The notes beneath the pieces were generated by a model. It was given only the letters and a program-made list of their open reading frames with translations, searched no databases and was not told where the DNA came from. This document shows positions 63,852 through 64,000 of a stretch of DNA of 64,000 nucleotides, piece after piece. The stretch is from assembly GCA_964510095.1 (NCBI GenBank), contig CAZEAE010000001.1, positions 232,551 to 296,550 on the forward strand. The letters are read 5' to 3'. The translations under genes were made by a program, and so were the position numbers. Source of the DNA: an uncultured Elusimicrobia bacterium. GTDB taxonomy: Bacteria; Elusimicrobiota; Elusimicrobia; UBA1565; UBA9628. The number at the start of each line of letters is the position of its first letter. The first letter of the stretch is position 1.

Positions 63852-64000
63852 ATACTCCTCCGGTATTGGCCCCGTTATCCGTCCATAAAAAAATCAGGCG
63901 GACACAGATACCCCAAGCCATTGCAATAGCCAGGAAAATCCGCGCCGCCCTTTCCCCGTGCCGAAGCACAGGTACATACCATCAGGCGACCGATTCCTCG

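Larger units (their letters stand above)
57524..64000. mobile_element. Putative integrated element: an integrase followed by lower-GC (about 50%) cargo; the right end lies beyond the window
   Basis: Base composition drops sharply relative to the ~67% GC backbone from about 57.45 kb onward. An integrase sits at the boundary, and the cargo consists of hypothetical, regulatory and nuclease genes. Confidence 0.45.

Noticed and set aside
1-64000. CRISPR arrays or rRNA genes
   Set aside because: No short, regularly spaced direct repeats with unique spacers were seen. The periodic repeats present are long (1-2.9 kb) and lie inside a coding sequence. No rRNA-like conserved stretches were seen.

Overview
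This 64-kb window is high-GC (about two-thirds G+C), apart from its last ~6.5 kb, and looks like a diderm bacterial chromosome. All calls come from reading the ORF translations and the DNA by eye; no database search was possible.

The dominant feature is a 17.8-kb gene (8252..26044, minus strand) encoding a 5,930-aa secreted, highly modular protein. It carries a signal peptide, three N-terminal repeats of about 330 aa, and three modules of about 960 aa with pectate-lyase-like parallel beta-helix (PbH1) repeats. A run of roughly 27 fibronectin-III-like domains follows, arranged as a ~1.4-kb higher-order DNA repeat, then an Ig-like region and a C-terminal sorting domain of the type IX secretion (T9SS, Por_Secre_tail / FlgD-Ig-like) kind.

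All on the same strand, the gene is preceded by two HEAT-repeat proteins and ExbB, ExbD and TonB. It is followed, with an ATGA stop/start overlap, by a FadL/PorV-family outer-membrane beta-barrel fused to TPR repeats. I read these seven genes as one energised export or anchoring operon, which is the most likely candidate for an undescribed system here.

Other genes include:
- a cluster of small secreted paralogs at 0.5-3.8 kb;
- a trypsin-like protease;
- a signal-peptide-bearing Memo-AMMECR1 fusion (AmmeMemoRadiSam proteins B+A) with no partner radical SAM enzyme (the neighbouring radical SAM gene is RlmN);
- HemY and HemE;
- an ECF sigma factor coupled to a membrane anti-sigma-like protein with a von Willebrand factor A (vWA) domain;
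- a CNNM-CBS-EIIA(Ntr) fusion;
- Prc, ClpB, a SMUG1-family uracil DNA glycosylase, ThpR, Dtd and Tag;
- three secreted proteins sharing an HExxH..Q (DUF4157-like) motif;
- a BrnA-like antitoxin with a textbook promoter and palindromic operator.

From about 57.5 kb a tyrosine integrase, which carries two C-terminal excisionase-like HTH domains, opens a lower-GC (about 50%) stretch that looks like an integrated element. Its cargo includes an XRE regulator and a DUF2779-type PD-(D/E)xK / RNase-H-like nuclease. No tRNA, rRNA or CRISPR array was found.
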